Origin: a virus
Taxonomy: Duplodnaviria > Caudoviricetes
Length of the DNA: 53,795 nucleotides
IMG/VR virus record: IMGVR_UViG_3300026926_000001
Location: 1 to 53,795 of that record
Strand: one strand, 5' to 3'
The translations under genes and the position numbers were made by a program. Shown here in pieces: positions 38,836-47,440 of the stretch. The notes beneath the pieces were generated by a model. It made no database searches. It saw nothing but the letters and a program-made list of their open reading frames with translations, and was not told the origin of the DNA. The stretch's first letter is position 1. Each line of letters starts with the position of its first letter.

Positions 38836-40478
38836 CAACTATTACCTCAGTGACTCCATCACTGACTCAGGTTGGAGTCGACACAGTATTGGAGATCACT
38901 GGGACTGGTTTCCTGACAACTACTACGGTCACGCTGCTAAGCCCAGAAGATCCGCCGTTAGAGTATCCGTTGTCGGCATTCCAGCTAGTAAGTAGTACAC
39001 TGATGCGTGCAACTGTGACTGCCAACGTAATCCCCATCGGGTTCTACTCGGTGCTGGTTGATAACGGCGGCGAAGATGCTGCACAGTTGGACGATGCTTT
39101 CAGGATCAGTGTCAACTTACCTGTAAGACCGTTCCAGACCAACAATACTTCAGATATCATCCAGGCACGTATTATGGATCGGATTGGTATTGCTCCTAAC
39201 GGGCTACCATACGACCAACGTAAGGGACAAGTGCCTTGGGATATGACCGCTGCACAAGCGCCTGAGTTTGAGAAGATCTACAAGCGCATGGATGATCTGT
39301 TTCCTCAGGGCTTTGCGCAGTTCATGGGCGGTGCGCTGCTGGACCTGCGTGCTGAAGAGCATGGTGTTCTGCGCAACATTGCCAGCTTTGCCCAGACTGT
39401 GGTAGAAGTTACAGCCTCTGTAGGTACTGTGATTCCCACAGCAATTTCTTTCAGCACCACGGCAGTGCCGAATACTACGGACAGACCGTTGGTATTCAGT
39501 GGCACTGAACCTTCGTCGGTAATCTGGCAGAATCCAGTAGCTGGTCTGGTTACCAGCGCTACGACCACCAGTGTGACAGATTCTACTGCCCATTTCACAG
39601 TCAACCAGTGGCAAAACTTCTACGTCTTGATTACTCTGGGTAAGGGTATTGGGCAATGGCGCAAAGTCATCAACAATGATGCCCATACCATGAACGTTAT
39701 GGACTGGGACGCTGGTGCTACTCCTGACAATACGTCTACCTATAGACTGTTTACGGGTGTGGCAGCGCAAGCGGCGATTGCAGGAAGTGGTGGCAATGTC
39801 CTGACTGGCGCTGTCAATAGATTAGCTGTCCCAGTAGCTTTTGTTAGCAAGGTCAGCAATCCAGTTCCTGCTGCTGGCGGTGTGAACAGAGAGTCTGATA
39901 GGTTGTTCCTGAGCAGGTTCCTACTAACTGTACGCCAGAGGTCTGCTGGTGGCAACGACACTGACTATCAGATTTGGGCCAGAGAAACTCCAGGCACTAG
40001 CTTGGGTGCAGTAAGCGTGCTGGAGGAATGGAATGGCTACGGGACAGTCAAGGTAGTCATCGTAAATTCGGACAACAGTATTCCGAATGCTGCTACTGTA
40101 AGTAAGGTCTACGAATACATTGAGACCAAGCGGCCTATCGGAGCACATGTCACAGTAGAAGCAGCCGTAGCCATTGGCATCGATGCACATTTCACCATGA
40201 CGGTACAGCCTGGCTTCAGTCTAGTGGCTGTACAACAAGATGTGGTCAATGCGATTACTGCCTACTTGAACATCATTCCTGTTGGTGGCGACGATGGCTT
40301 TGTGATGTTCTACAAAGTACAGCAGGCAGCGATCACAGGTATAGATGGCATCGAGACTTTCAATATGTACTCTACTGGATACGGTATCAGGCAGGCTGGT
40401 GCTGCCAACTATGGTACTGCCGATCTGCCAATATCAGGTACTGGGAAACCAATTGCAGGGGCGATCACAGCTTCATGA
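38832..40478 (+). CDS. Baseplate J-like protein (XkdT) with N-terminal IPT/TIG domain
   Basis: LD.RA.E.G..R, GG...ESD..F..R, GGN..DY..WA, WNG.GTVKV, RPIGA.VTV; ITSVTPS...ITGTGF. Confidence 0.9.
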   Translation: MTTITSVTPSLTQVGVDTVLEITGTGFLTTTTVTLLSPEDPPLEYPLSAFQLVSSTLMRATVTANVIPIGFYSVLVDNGGEDAAQLDDAFRISVNLPVRPFQTNNTSDIIQARIMDRIGIAPNGLPYDQRKGQVPWDMTAAQAPEFEKIYKRMDDLFPQGFAQFMGGALLDLRAEEHGVLRNIASFAQTVVEVTASVGTVIPTAISFSTTAVPNTTDRPLVFSGTEPSSVIWQNPVAGLVTSATTTSVTDSTAHFTVNQWQNFYVLITLGKGIGQWRKVINNDAHTMNVMDWDAGATPDNTSTYRLFTGVAAQAAIAGSGGNVLTGAVNRLAVPVAFVSKVSNPVPAAGGVNRESDRLFLSRFLLTVRQRSAGGNDTDYQIWARETPGTSLGAVSVLEEWNGYGTVKVVIVNSDNSIPNAATVSKVYEYIETKRPIGAHVTVEAAVAIGIDAHFTMTVQPGFSLVAVQQDVVNAITAYLNIIPVGGDDGFVMFYKVQQAAITGIDGIETFNMYSTGYGIRQAGAANYGTADLPISGTGKPIAGAITAS

Positions 40479-41128
40479 AAGACACTGATTTCTACGGTTG
40501 GGGCGAGATTCTCATGGAGAATCTGCCCACTTACTGGGAAGAAGACGACTTCATGCAGCAGTTTCTCATGGCTGTGGGGTTTGAGTTCGACCCAATTGAT
40601 CGTTTCACGCGCTTCATGGTAGATGGTGAAATACAGAGAGCATTGGACCAGAGTTTGACTGCTAATCTGGAACCGATGCATTCTGCGTGGTTTGTGCGTA
40701 CAGCCAATGAAGATGCGATGTTGTTGTGGGAGGAGATGTTCAATGCAGCCTCTGACAGCACTATGGATCTGGCAACGCGGAGAGCCAATATCATCACCAG
40801 GATGCAGTCTACGGCCACACCTACGCCAGCCTACATACACTCTCAGATCTCACAGTACGCCACTGAGATAGCCATTGTTGAGCATTTCGATCTGGCACCT
40901 ACGGACCTGAAACGATATAGTTTTACAGTACGTATTATCCAGCCCAAGGGATTTCCGCCCAACGTCCAGCAGAACATTGACCTCATGATTAGGAGAATCA
41001 AACCTTCGCATCTGGGATACACCATTGAGTATAGCGAAGTCACTTGGCATGGCGACCCGAGCAATATGTCGAACAATACCTGGGCAGATCTCGGCAATTT
41101 GACGTGGGCCGATCTCAGATTTACGTGA
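40475..41128 (+). CDS. Baseplate protein (XkdU/DUF2313-like)
   Basis: LP.YW, TA....LWE, RR..I, IKPSHL. Confidence 0.8.
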   Translation: MKDTDFYGWGEILMENLPTYWEEDDFMQQFLMAVGFEFDPIDRFTRFMVDGEIQRALDQSLTANLEPMHSAWFVRTANEDAMLLWEEMFNAASDSTMDLATRRANIITRMQSTATPTPAYIHSQISQYATEIAIVEHFDLAPTDLKRYSFTVRIIQPKGFPPNVQQNIDLMIRRIKPSHLGYTIEYSEVTWHGDPSNMSNNTWADLGNLTWADLRFT

Positions 41129-41136
41129 GGTAATCA

Positions 41137-41991
41137 ATGCAAACAACTGCACGACACGGGTTCTTACTACCAGAAATCACTGATGATGACCCCACACCTA
41201 ATGCTGGTGTGCGGGATACCACCAGATATAACTCTTCGTTGAGTGATCGGAGCACGTTCTACGATTACAACGAAGTCATCACTGGTAGCTGGAGCTTCTC
41301 TACCATCACACTTACTGGCGGCTTGAGCCAGGACATGGTGAACAACACTGGCGCAGCCCGTGTGCCTGGTGACGTGGTGATGCTCGATCCCAATGTGGAC
41401 CGTAGTATCATCATGCCCGTTGTGGGCACTGTTGGTCCGATGATTGGTGTGGTGGTAGCCAACATCGCAGCTGGAGCCATTGGGCGCGTCGCGATGGAAG
41501 GTTTTGTTCAGACCAAAGTCACAGGTGCCAGCCGTCTACAATATCTCGTAGCCCAGGACAACAATGTGGTTGCCGCTGGTAGTAGCCTAGCCAGCAGCGC
41601 AGCATTCGGGATTGCTCTGGAGAATCCCTCTGGCGGCTTGTGTTTGGCCTACTTGCACCCTAGTGCGGGTAGTGATGCAGAAAGCAGCTACAAGACCACG
41701 ACACTACGCTCCAATGCTGCCAATATCACAGCGGCAATGCTTTCGGGGAAACTGTTCGTCTTCTGTTATCTGGCAGGTGCTCAGACGGTTGTACTTCCAG
41801 ACCCAACTACTAATGAGCGCCCCATTACAATCTGTGCTGAGAATGGCACCGTCACGGTTACTGCCACTGGTGGCAGTCAGGTTTTGGGAGGCTCTACTAA
41901 CCAGACCACTGGTGCAATCATCAATGGCACGATAAATGCTCCTGATTCTTTCCAGTACAAGAGCAATGGCATCCAGTGGAGGGCGGTATGA
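41137..41991 (+). CDS. Tail fibre/baseplate-attached protein
   Basis: SD GAGGT; T.RHGFLLP N-terminus; TVVLP...SNG..W C-terminus. Confidence 0.65.
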   Translation: MQTTARHGFLLPEITDDDPTPNAGVRDTTRYNSSLSDRSTFYDYNEVITGSWSFSTITLTGGLSQDMVNNTGAARVPGDVVMLDPNVDRSIIMPVVGTVGPMIGVVVANIAAGAIGRVAMEGFVQTKVTGASRLQYLVAQDNNVVAAGSSLASSAAFGIALENPSGGLCLAYLHPSAGSDAESSYKTTTLRSNAANITAAMLSGKLFVFCYLAGAQTVVLPDPTTNERPITICAENGTVTVTATGGSQVLGGSTNQTTGAIINGTINAPDSFQYKSNGIQWRAV

Positions 41992-43064
41992 CCTACGCTG
42001 CATCAGCCGTTAGCTATTGGGTGGGCCAGGCTAACGACTCTAGTACAGGCACACATCCTCCTGGTTGGGCATCTGGACAGCGCTGGTCTGCCACAGCTAA
42101 CTCCTGGATGAACGTCTACAATACAGAGTATGCTAATGCACGGGACAACTCTGCAGGACAGCCAGGTAAACCTGGAGGTATCCAGCATCCTACAGGGTGG
42201 GTAGCTGGACAACTATGGTCTGCAACTGCTACCCAATGGAACACCATGTGGGGTACAGAGTGGACCAATGCCAGGGATAACTCTGGTGGGCAGACGTCTA
42301 GTGGTCTGGGCGCAGCGCATCCGACAAACTGGGTCGCAGGGCAGATGTGGTCTGCTACCGCTGACCAGTGGAATGCTATGTGGGGTAACGAATGGCGCAA
42401 CAGCCATGATCCACAAGGCTATTCCTACAGTTATCCTGGTCAGGGTGCCAATGCCGTCTACTGGTCGCAGTCTGCTAGTTACTGGCGCGGACAAGCAGAC
42501 TACTATTGGGGACCAAGCCGCGTCTGGAACAATGGTGCTACCTGGGAGCAGAACTACAACGCATACGTCGGTTATTACAACGATATGGTCAACCAGCGTG
42601 ATACCTGGAGTTCCAGGGCAAATCAGGCATGGGGACCAAGTAGAGTCTGGAGCAATGGTGAGTCTTGGGAAGCAGCCTACAACCGTGTGCTGCCCCCTGG
42701 TGGTATTGTCCAGATAAACGGTACCAACACTGCTACGTCGTTCCCAGACGGCGTGAACATGACACGTCTCAGTTATATCACTGCTGACCGTGCTGGCTAT
42801 TGGGCGTTTTCATACTCTCTCAAAGTTTCAAGCACTTCTGACCGTCTGAATCTTGAAGCCAGGTATGCAGGCACGGCACGATTCTCTGACATATGGAGTC
42901 CTGGTAACGCAGGTTCTTTTGCCGCAGGACTAGGTGGGATCTATACCCTTGGTGCTGGACAGTTGCTAGAGATCTGGGGTGTCCACGGGTACAACGGCGG
43001 ATACAATATTTCAGCACAGACTCTGCAATGCTGGTTCGTGCCAATGACTAGCTACCCACACTAG
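41988..43064 (+). CDS. Trp-rich repeat protein with C-terminal RBP-like domain
   Basis: SD GGAGG, ATGA overlap; three HP..W..GQ.WSATA..W repeats. Confidence 0.75.
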   Translation: MTYAASAVSYWVGQANDSSTGTHPPGWASGQRWSATANSWMNVYNTEYANARDNSAGQPGKPGGIQHPTGWVAGQLWSATATQWNTMWGTEWTNARDNSGGQTSSGLGAAHPTNWVAGQMWSATADQWNAMWGNEWRNSHDPQGYSYSYPGQGANAVYWSQSASYWRGQADYYWGPSRVWNNGATWEQNYNAYVGYYNDMVNQRDTWSSRANQAWGPSRVWSNGESWEAAYNRVLPPGGIVQINGTNTATSFPDGVNMTRLSYITADRAGYWAFSYSLKVSSTSDRLNLEARYAGTARFSDIWSPGNAGSFAAGLGGIYTLGAGQLLEIWGVHGYNGGYNISAQTLQCWFVPMTSYPH

Positions 43065-43072
43065 GAGGTACA

Positions 43073-43363
43073 GTGGAAGAAATTCAAATCAAGCTATCTG
43101 TACAGGTTGCCATGCGCCTAGCGCAATTGGAAGCCAGAGTAGAGGTAGCTAACAAGATCATGAGTGAAGTCATGGATGCTTATAAGAAAGTATGTGATGC
43201 TGAGCAGCAGCGCATGGATGTTCTTATGACTAGCATTTGTGACACCAACGGACAGACGCTGCCAGCGAACTACGAATACTCGTTTGATCCAGGCCAGATG
43301 ATGATAACGTTTCGTGGCAACAATCCATCCAAACTAGCAATTGAGGTGAACGGACATGAGTGA
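43073..43363 (+). CDS. Hypothetical helical protein (paralogue of 37909-38256)
   Basis: SD AGGAGGT. Confidence 0.7.
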   Translation: MEEIQIKLSVQVAMRLAQLEARVEVANKIMSEVMDAYKKVCDAEQQRMDVLMTSICDTNGQTLPANYEYSFDPGQMMITFRGNNPSKLAIEVNGHE

Positions 43364-43562
43364 AACATCGCCCGAAATCACACAGCTACAGCAGCAACAG
43401 TCTCTCTTCACGGCTGCACTGGCAGCTATGTTGGAAGGACGCTTTACTGGTGCCGATTCAGTAGAAGCGTTTTTGTATGCACTTGATCCTGGGCTCCAAG
43501 GTACCCTGACTCTTGACCCACCAGTATCTGAATCCGAACTGGAAGAACCCCCAAAAGGATAA
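43356..43562 (+). CDS. Small protein; probable N-terminal part of frameshifted lysin
   Basis: SD GAGGTG; ends CCC CCA AAA GGA TAA. Confidence 0.7.
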   Translation: MSETSPEITQLQQQQSLFTAALAAMLEGRFTGADSVEAFLYALDPGLQGTLTLDPPVSESELEEPPKG

Positions 43563-44011
43563 CCTGGGATCCAAACACCCTGATGCCAACACAGCGCGTC
43601 AATTGGACGTGCTCCGCCTGTGCGCTGGCTTGGGTGTTACGTGCTACCGGATTGGATCCCGGGGCCACAGAGGATGGCTGCGTCGAAGCAATTGGTTACC
43701 CACAGAACATCAATGCCACGTATGGTCTGATGGACGGTAGCGGCGCAGAACTCCAGAGGGTGTTGGCAGATTATGAACAGGACAGCGCTCAGGACTGGCT
43801 AACGTTTGAAGCAGTCTGGGCGGGTGCTGGACATACAACGGGTATGATGGCAGGAGGTAACTGGTACCATTGGGTAGCAATCCGAGGACAATCGGGGGAC
43901 AATCTGTGGATTGCTAATTCTGCGCCCGGATACAGAGGAGTTTGGGATACTGTAACCCGTGAACAGTTCCAAGCACTCGGGCCATTCAGTGTCGTATGGT
44001 TGGAGCCATGA
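43550..44011 (+). CDS. C39-like cysteine peptidase, putative endolysin (via -1 frameshift or ATG 43583)
   Basis: Q...WTCS, HWVAI, ANSA catalytic pattern; next to holin-like genes. Confidence 0.7.
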   Translation, partial: PKRITWDPNTLMPTQRVNWTCSACALAWVLRATGLDPGATEDGCVEAIGYPQNINATYGLMDGSGAELQRVLADYEQDSAQDWLTFEAVWAGAGHTTGMMAGGNWYHWVAIRGQSGDNLWIANSAPGYRGVWDTVTREQFQALGPFSVVWLEP

Positions 44012-44178
44012 GTACTGTTGTACGTCCTACGTACTATACACCCATCCGTTGGGTTGTAGTAATCATAGCAGTCTTGCTTTTCCTGCTCGCAGCATTCCAT
44101 GCCAATCCGTTTGGTAGCTCGGTTGATATCATTCCTCTCGGGTTGGCGTTCGGATTCGGGGCGTTACTGATTCCCTAA
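44008..44178 (+). CDS. Holin-like two-TM protein
   Basis: SD GGAG, two hydrophobic segments, follows peptidase. Confidence 0.55.
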   Translation: MSTVVRPTYYTPIRWVVVIIAVLLFLLAAFHANPFGSSVDIIPLGLAFGFGALLIP

Positions 44179-44183
44179 ATGCC

Positions 44184-45539
44184 GTGAACCTTTACGCGCA
44201 AGTTGCAATCTATACGGCAATCGGAGGCTGTGCGGGAGCACTCGTGCTTTCTCAGTTGAGCGGCAGTGGAGTACTCGGCCAGGAACTAAAATTGGCTGTG
44301 CCACAAGTTGTAGAAACATCTGTCTCGGTAGTAGAGACGCAGATTCCTACACAACAGTCAGCGACAATCGTACCGTTAGGTGTGCCGACCCAGGTGACTG
44401 CTACTGCAACATCTCCTCCGCCAGTAGTTATAGTGCTGGTACAGCCCACAGCTACATCTACTGAGACGCCTATACCTTCTCCTCAGGTAACCCCGACTGA
44501 TATATCTGCAGAAGAGCCAGAAGCAGTTGGGGTTTCTTTGGTGCAGACGCGCCTTTTGCCGACTGTGCGCTCTTCGCCTGTACAGTTGCCGAGCACAGCT
44601 ACACCCGTCATGATAGAGGTACCTACAGAACCCGAAGTGGTTGAGATCGTCACACCGACCCTAACTCCCACTCCTACTGTAGTGCCTACGATAGTGCCTA
44701 CTGTAATAGCAGCCGCCAACGATGGACAAACTCTGGCGGGGCAGTCGCGACAGACACAAGAAGATTTCCTAGCGGTGTACGGCGAGGATGCTCGAATTGC
44801 TTGGGCTGCCGAACATAATAGAGACACATCGTCGGCATCGGTTACGGGTGGCAGTGGAGTATTGCCAAGTCCCTCCCCTCCATTGTCGCCCGTGCCGACC
44901 CCTACACAGACTTCTACTTCCACATCGGTTACGGGTGGTGGTGAAGGTTTGCCTCCAATCTCCCCAACCACACCATCACCCGTGCCGACCCGTAGACCTC
45001 CTTCTCCTGGTGGTGGACAACCAACAAATACACCGACGGCCACAATTACGGTGACACCTACTGTAGCAACACCGCAACCCACGGCTAATCCGACGGCTAC
45101 TACGACGGTCACAGCTACTGTGACCCCAACACCTACGGTAACGCCAGTGCCTACACCGACAAGCGCAGCGACACCGTTCCCGATAACTGTCACGCCAACG
45201 GGTACTGCGACTCCTACCAATACTCCTCAGCCAGTGAGCACGGCAACCCCGACTATCACACCTGCACCCACGTTGACGAGTACGCCAACTCTTAGTCCTA
45301 CACCTACATCTACCGTATCGGTTCAACCCACAGCAACGCTACGACCAACACGCACACCAAGGCCAACCAATACACCACGTCCGACTCCGACACCAGGATG
45401 CCCTCCAGGTCAGATTCCAATACCAAATAGCCCTTCAGGTTGTATGTCTAAACCCGATGCGACAAGAACAGCAGTTGCATTGACACAGACAGCTATGCCA
45501 ACAAATACGCCTCGCCCAACAAGGACACCCAGACCGTAA
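44184..45539 (+). CDS. Membrane-anchored Pro/Thr-rich protein
   Basis: N-terminal hydrophobic segment; long PT/TPT tracts. Confidence 0.75.
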   Translation: MNLYAQVAIYTAIGGCAGALVLSQLSGSGVLGQELKLAVPQVVETSVSVVETQIPTQQSATIVPLGVPTQVTATATSPPPVVIVLVQPTATSTETPIPSPQVTPTDISAEEPEAVGVSLVQTRLLPTVRSSPVQLPSTATPVMIEVPTEPEVVEIVTPTLTPTPTVVPTIVPTVIAAANDGQTLAGQSRQTQEDFLAVYGEDARIAWAAEHNRDTSSASVTGGSGVLPSPSPPLSPVPTPTQTSTSTSVTGGGEGLPPISPTTPSPVPTRRPPSPGGGQPTNTPTATITVTPTVATPQPTANPTATTTVTATVTPTPTVTPVPTPTSAATPFPITVTPTGTATPTNTPQPVSTATPTITPAPTLTSTPTLSPTPTSTVSVQPTATLRPTRTPRPTNTPRPTPTPGCPPGQIPIPNSPSGCMSKPDATRTAVALTQTAMPTNTPRPTRTPRP

Positions 45540-45742
45540 TGTTGGGTGCTGATGTTATCACAATTGGTACTGTAATTGGTGCTCTTATAGGCATCATTAC
45601 GTTCCTACTACGTGTCTTAGTGGCAGCAAAGACACAGCATATACAGGCGCTTGAAAAACAGGTGGCAGATCTAACTGCAGAAAGAAATCTATACCGCGAC
45701 CTGAACTTTGCGGCAGGTCGTACTCCTCCAGATCACCCGTAG
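45539..45742 (+). CDS. TM plus coiled-coil protein (holin/lysis accessory-like)
   Basis: TAATG coupling; one TM then heptad helix. Confidence 0.6.
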   Translation: MLGADVITIGTVIGALIGIITFLLRVLVAAKTQHIQALEKQVADLTAERNLYRDLNFAAGRTPPDHP

Positions 45743-45832
45743 CCACGGCGGGTGAGGAAGGACCCCGAACTCTAGCGTGGTGCTTGCCCGCCACTAGCGC
45801 TAGATAGTAGGGGTCTTTCTGTATTTGGGCAA

Positions 45833-45870
45833 AGAGAAACCCCCTGTTGGCGGGAACAGGGGGTTCTCTA
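45833..45870. terminator. Hairpin between convergent operons (likely bidirectional terminator)
   Basis: CCCCCTGTT-ggcggg-AACAGGGGG extended by AGAGAA/TTCTCT. Confidence 0.7.
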
Positions 45871-46077
45871 TTAGGAAGATTTCTCTTCTTCGTGGGGAGT
45901 TGGCGTGGGCTGCGGCTGTGGCAGATCCTGGTTGGGTGCTTCGCCTTCTGGCTTGTCCTGGCCTGGAGGGCCACCCTGAGGGTGTTGCCCGGACTGTCCA
46001 GGTGCGCCACCCTGTGGATGCTCTGGATGATCAGGCTTGTCCTTCTCTTCCTTGTCCTTTTCGGGAGTTTCAGTCAT
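45871..46077 (-). CDS. Small disordered Pro/Gln/Glu-rich protein
   Basis: SD AAGGAGG; HPQGG(A/P)PGQ repeated twice. Confidence 0.7.
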   Translation of the reverse strand: MTETPEKDKEEKDKPDHPEHPQGGAPGQSGQHPQGGPPGQDKPEGEAPNQDLPQPQPTPTPHEEEKSS

Positions 46078-46102
46078 TCGTTCCTCCTTTCCACGCAAAT
46101 GT

Positions 46103-46234
46103 GCTAGTGGGCTACTGTAGAGACGACTCCGGGGGGAGATGGACGTCTCTACACCCGATAACCAGTCTAGACCCGCACTCTAGCCCGATTCCTATGCCCT
46201 GTTCCACCTGCGGAGGTGGCCCTCGCCCACTAGC
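46103..46234 (-). ncRNA. Candidate structured RNA / 5' leader
   Basis: 10-bp closing helix, three internal hairpins, begins at predicted TSS. Confidence 0.6.
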
Positions 46235-46240
46235 GTATAC

Positions 46241-46269
46241 AGTGTAGCACAGGAAATTTAGGGTAGCAA
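46241..46269 (-). promoter_or_regulatory. Sigma70-like promoter
   Basis: TTGCTA-N17-TACACT with TGn extension. Confidence 0.75.
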
Positions 46270-46273
46270 TCCC

Positions 46274-46714
46274 CTATGCGTTGAGTTGGTAGCTGTCGTT
46301 CTCCTCGTCGATGTCCACATCGTAGCCCTTGCTCTTGAGCATCTTGGCAAACCACGGCACATCGAAGTTCTTGTACGCCTTGACGTCCGACAGCGTTTCG
46401 ATGTTCTTCTTTTCTGCGAATCGCGCTGCGCGACTCTTGATTGCGGCTGCACTACCGCCGCGCTTCATAGCACGCATGATGAAGTCGCGCATGCTGTTTG
46501 CGTTGGGTGTGTAGCCTTCCTCGTCATCAGTCTTGGTAGACTTCTTGGCGACTGGCGCTGCCTTGCCGTTGCTGCGCCCGTTGGTGGATGCCTTGGGAGC
46601 AGCCGTAGTCTTCTTCTTGCTCGAAACTACGACTACCTCTTCCTCATCCTCTTCGTCGTCGGCTTCTGCCACCTTACGACTAGCCTTCGCAGGCACTGCT
46701 GTTCTCTTAGCCAC
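46274..46714 (-). CDS. Putative DNA-binding protein (Lys/Ala-rich N-terminus, wHTH-like C-terminus)
   Basis: SD AAGGAG before GTG 46714; composition. Confidence 0.65.
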   Translation of the reverse strand: MAKRTAVPAKASRKVAEADDEEDEEEVVVVSSKKKTTAAPKASTNGRSNGKAAPVAKKSTKTDDEEGYTPNANSMRDFIMRAMKRGGSAAAIKSRAARFAEKKNIETLSDVKAYKNFDVPWFAKMLKSKGYDVDIDEENDSYQLNA

Positions 46715-46783
46715 TTCGATTCTCCTTAGCAACCAAATAAGATTTGGGAGGCCTATTTCCCTGATCGGCTGCTGCACCCCAAC

Positions 46784-46812
46784 ACTTTAGCACAGATGTT
46801 CTGGGTACGCAA
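46784..46812 (-). promoter_or_regulatory. Sigma70-like promoter
   Basis: TTGCGT-N17-TAAAGT with TGTGC context shared with the 46241 promoter. Confidence 0.6.
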
Positions 46813-46815
46813 GCC

Positions 46816-47043
46816 TTATTGTTTGTACTCAGCGGCCTTCTGATTTGCTTCTTTTTCAGCCAGATCGAATAGGCGCTTATACGCCTGTGCGCTTGTCTCC
46901 CCTTCTCGTTTAGTTCCTTCGGCCCACGCTTCTACTCGGAGGCTCTGGTATTCGCCCATATTGAGGGTAACGCCAAAGCTCACGCCTATGCGATCCCCAA
47001 TATCAATCGGACTCGTCTTCTTGATCGGTGTGTCTCTTGGCAC
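46816..47043 (-). CDS. Conserved phage hypothetical protein
   Basis: VTLNMGEYQSLRVE motif; start uncertain (GTG 47043). Confidence 0.6.
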   Translation of the reverse strand: MPRDTPIKKTSPIDIGDRIGVSFGVTLNMGEYQSLRVEAWAEGTKREGETSAQAYKRLFDLAEKEANQKAAEYKQ

Positions 47044-47440
47044 CGTTGACCCCCACGATATACGGTTTGTGGTTTTGCAGCATGCTAACACTCTCGATAT
47101 CCTCAATGCTAAGGATACCGTCACGCATCAATTGGAAGATTGCCTTATCGTCGCGTACCTCCTGAGGTACGATATGAAATACCAACTCTTCGGGTACATT
47201 GCGACGCCTGAGTAACATTTTCAGTTCGCTATCATCCCAGATCTGAGTAGTACCCTGGCGCTTCTGCCATTTGACACCGCTTTCACGGTCCACTACATCA
47301 GTAAGGTTGTGCCGTTCGTAGTAAGCAATAACCCAACTGTTGATGTTGTCGATGCTGCGCGTGAGCACTTTCTGCTTCTCTACAAGCACTGCACGCCTGC
47401 GCAGCCATTGTAGTAAACTAGCGCGTCCTTTGATTCTCAC
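47003..47440 (-). CDS. Hypothetical protein
   Basis: SD GGAG; overlaps helicase end. Confidence 0.65.
   Translation of the reverse strand: MRIKGRASLLQWLRRRAVLVEKQKVLTRSIDNINSWVIAYYERHNLTDVVDRESGVKWQKRQGTTQIWDDSELKMLLRRRNVPEELVFHIVPQEVRDDKAIFQLMRDGILSIEDIESVSMLQNHKPYIVGVNGAKRHTDQEDESD

Noticed and set aside
20895-41128. Tailocin or extracellular contractile injection system
   Set aside because: Linked to terminase, portal, capsid and replication genes, so it is a phage tail
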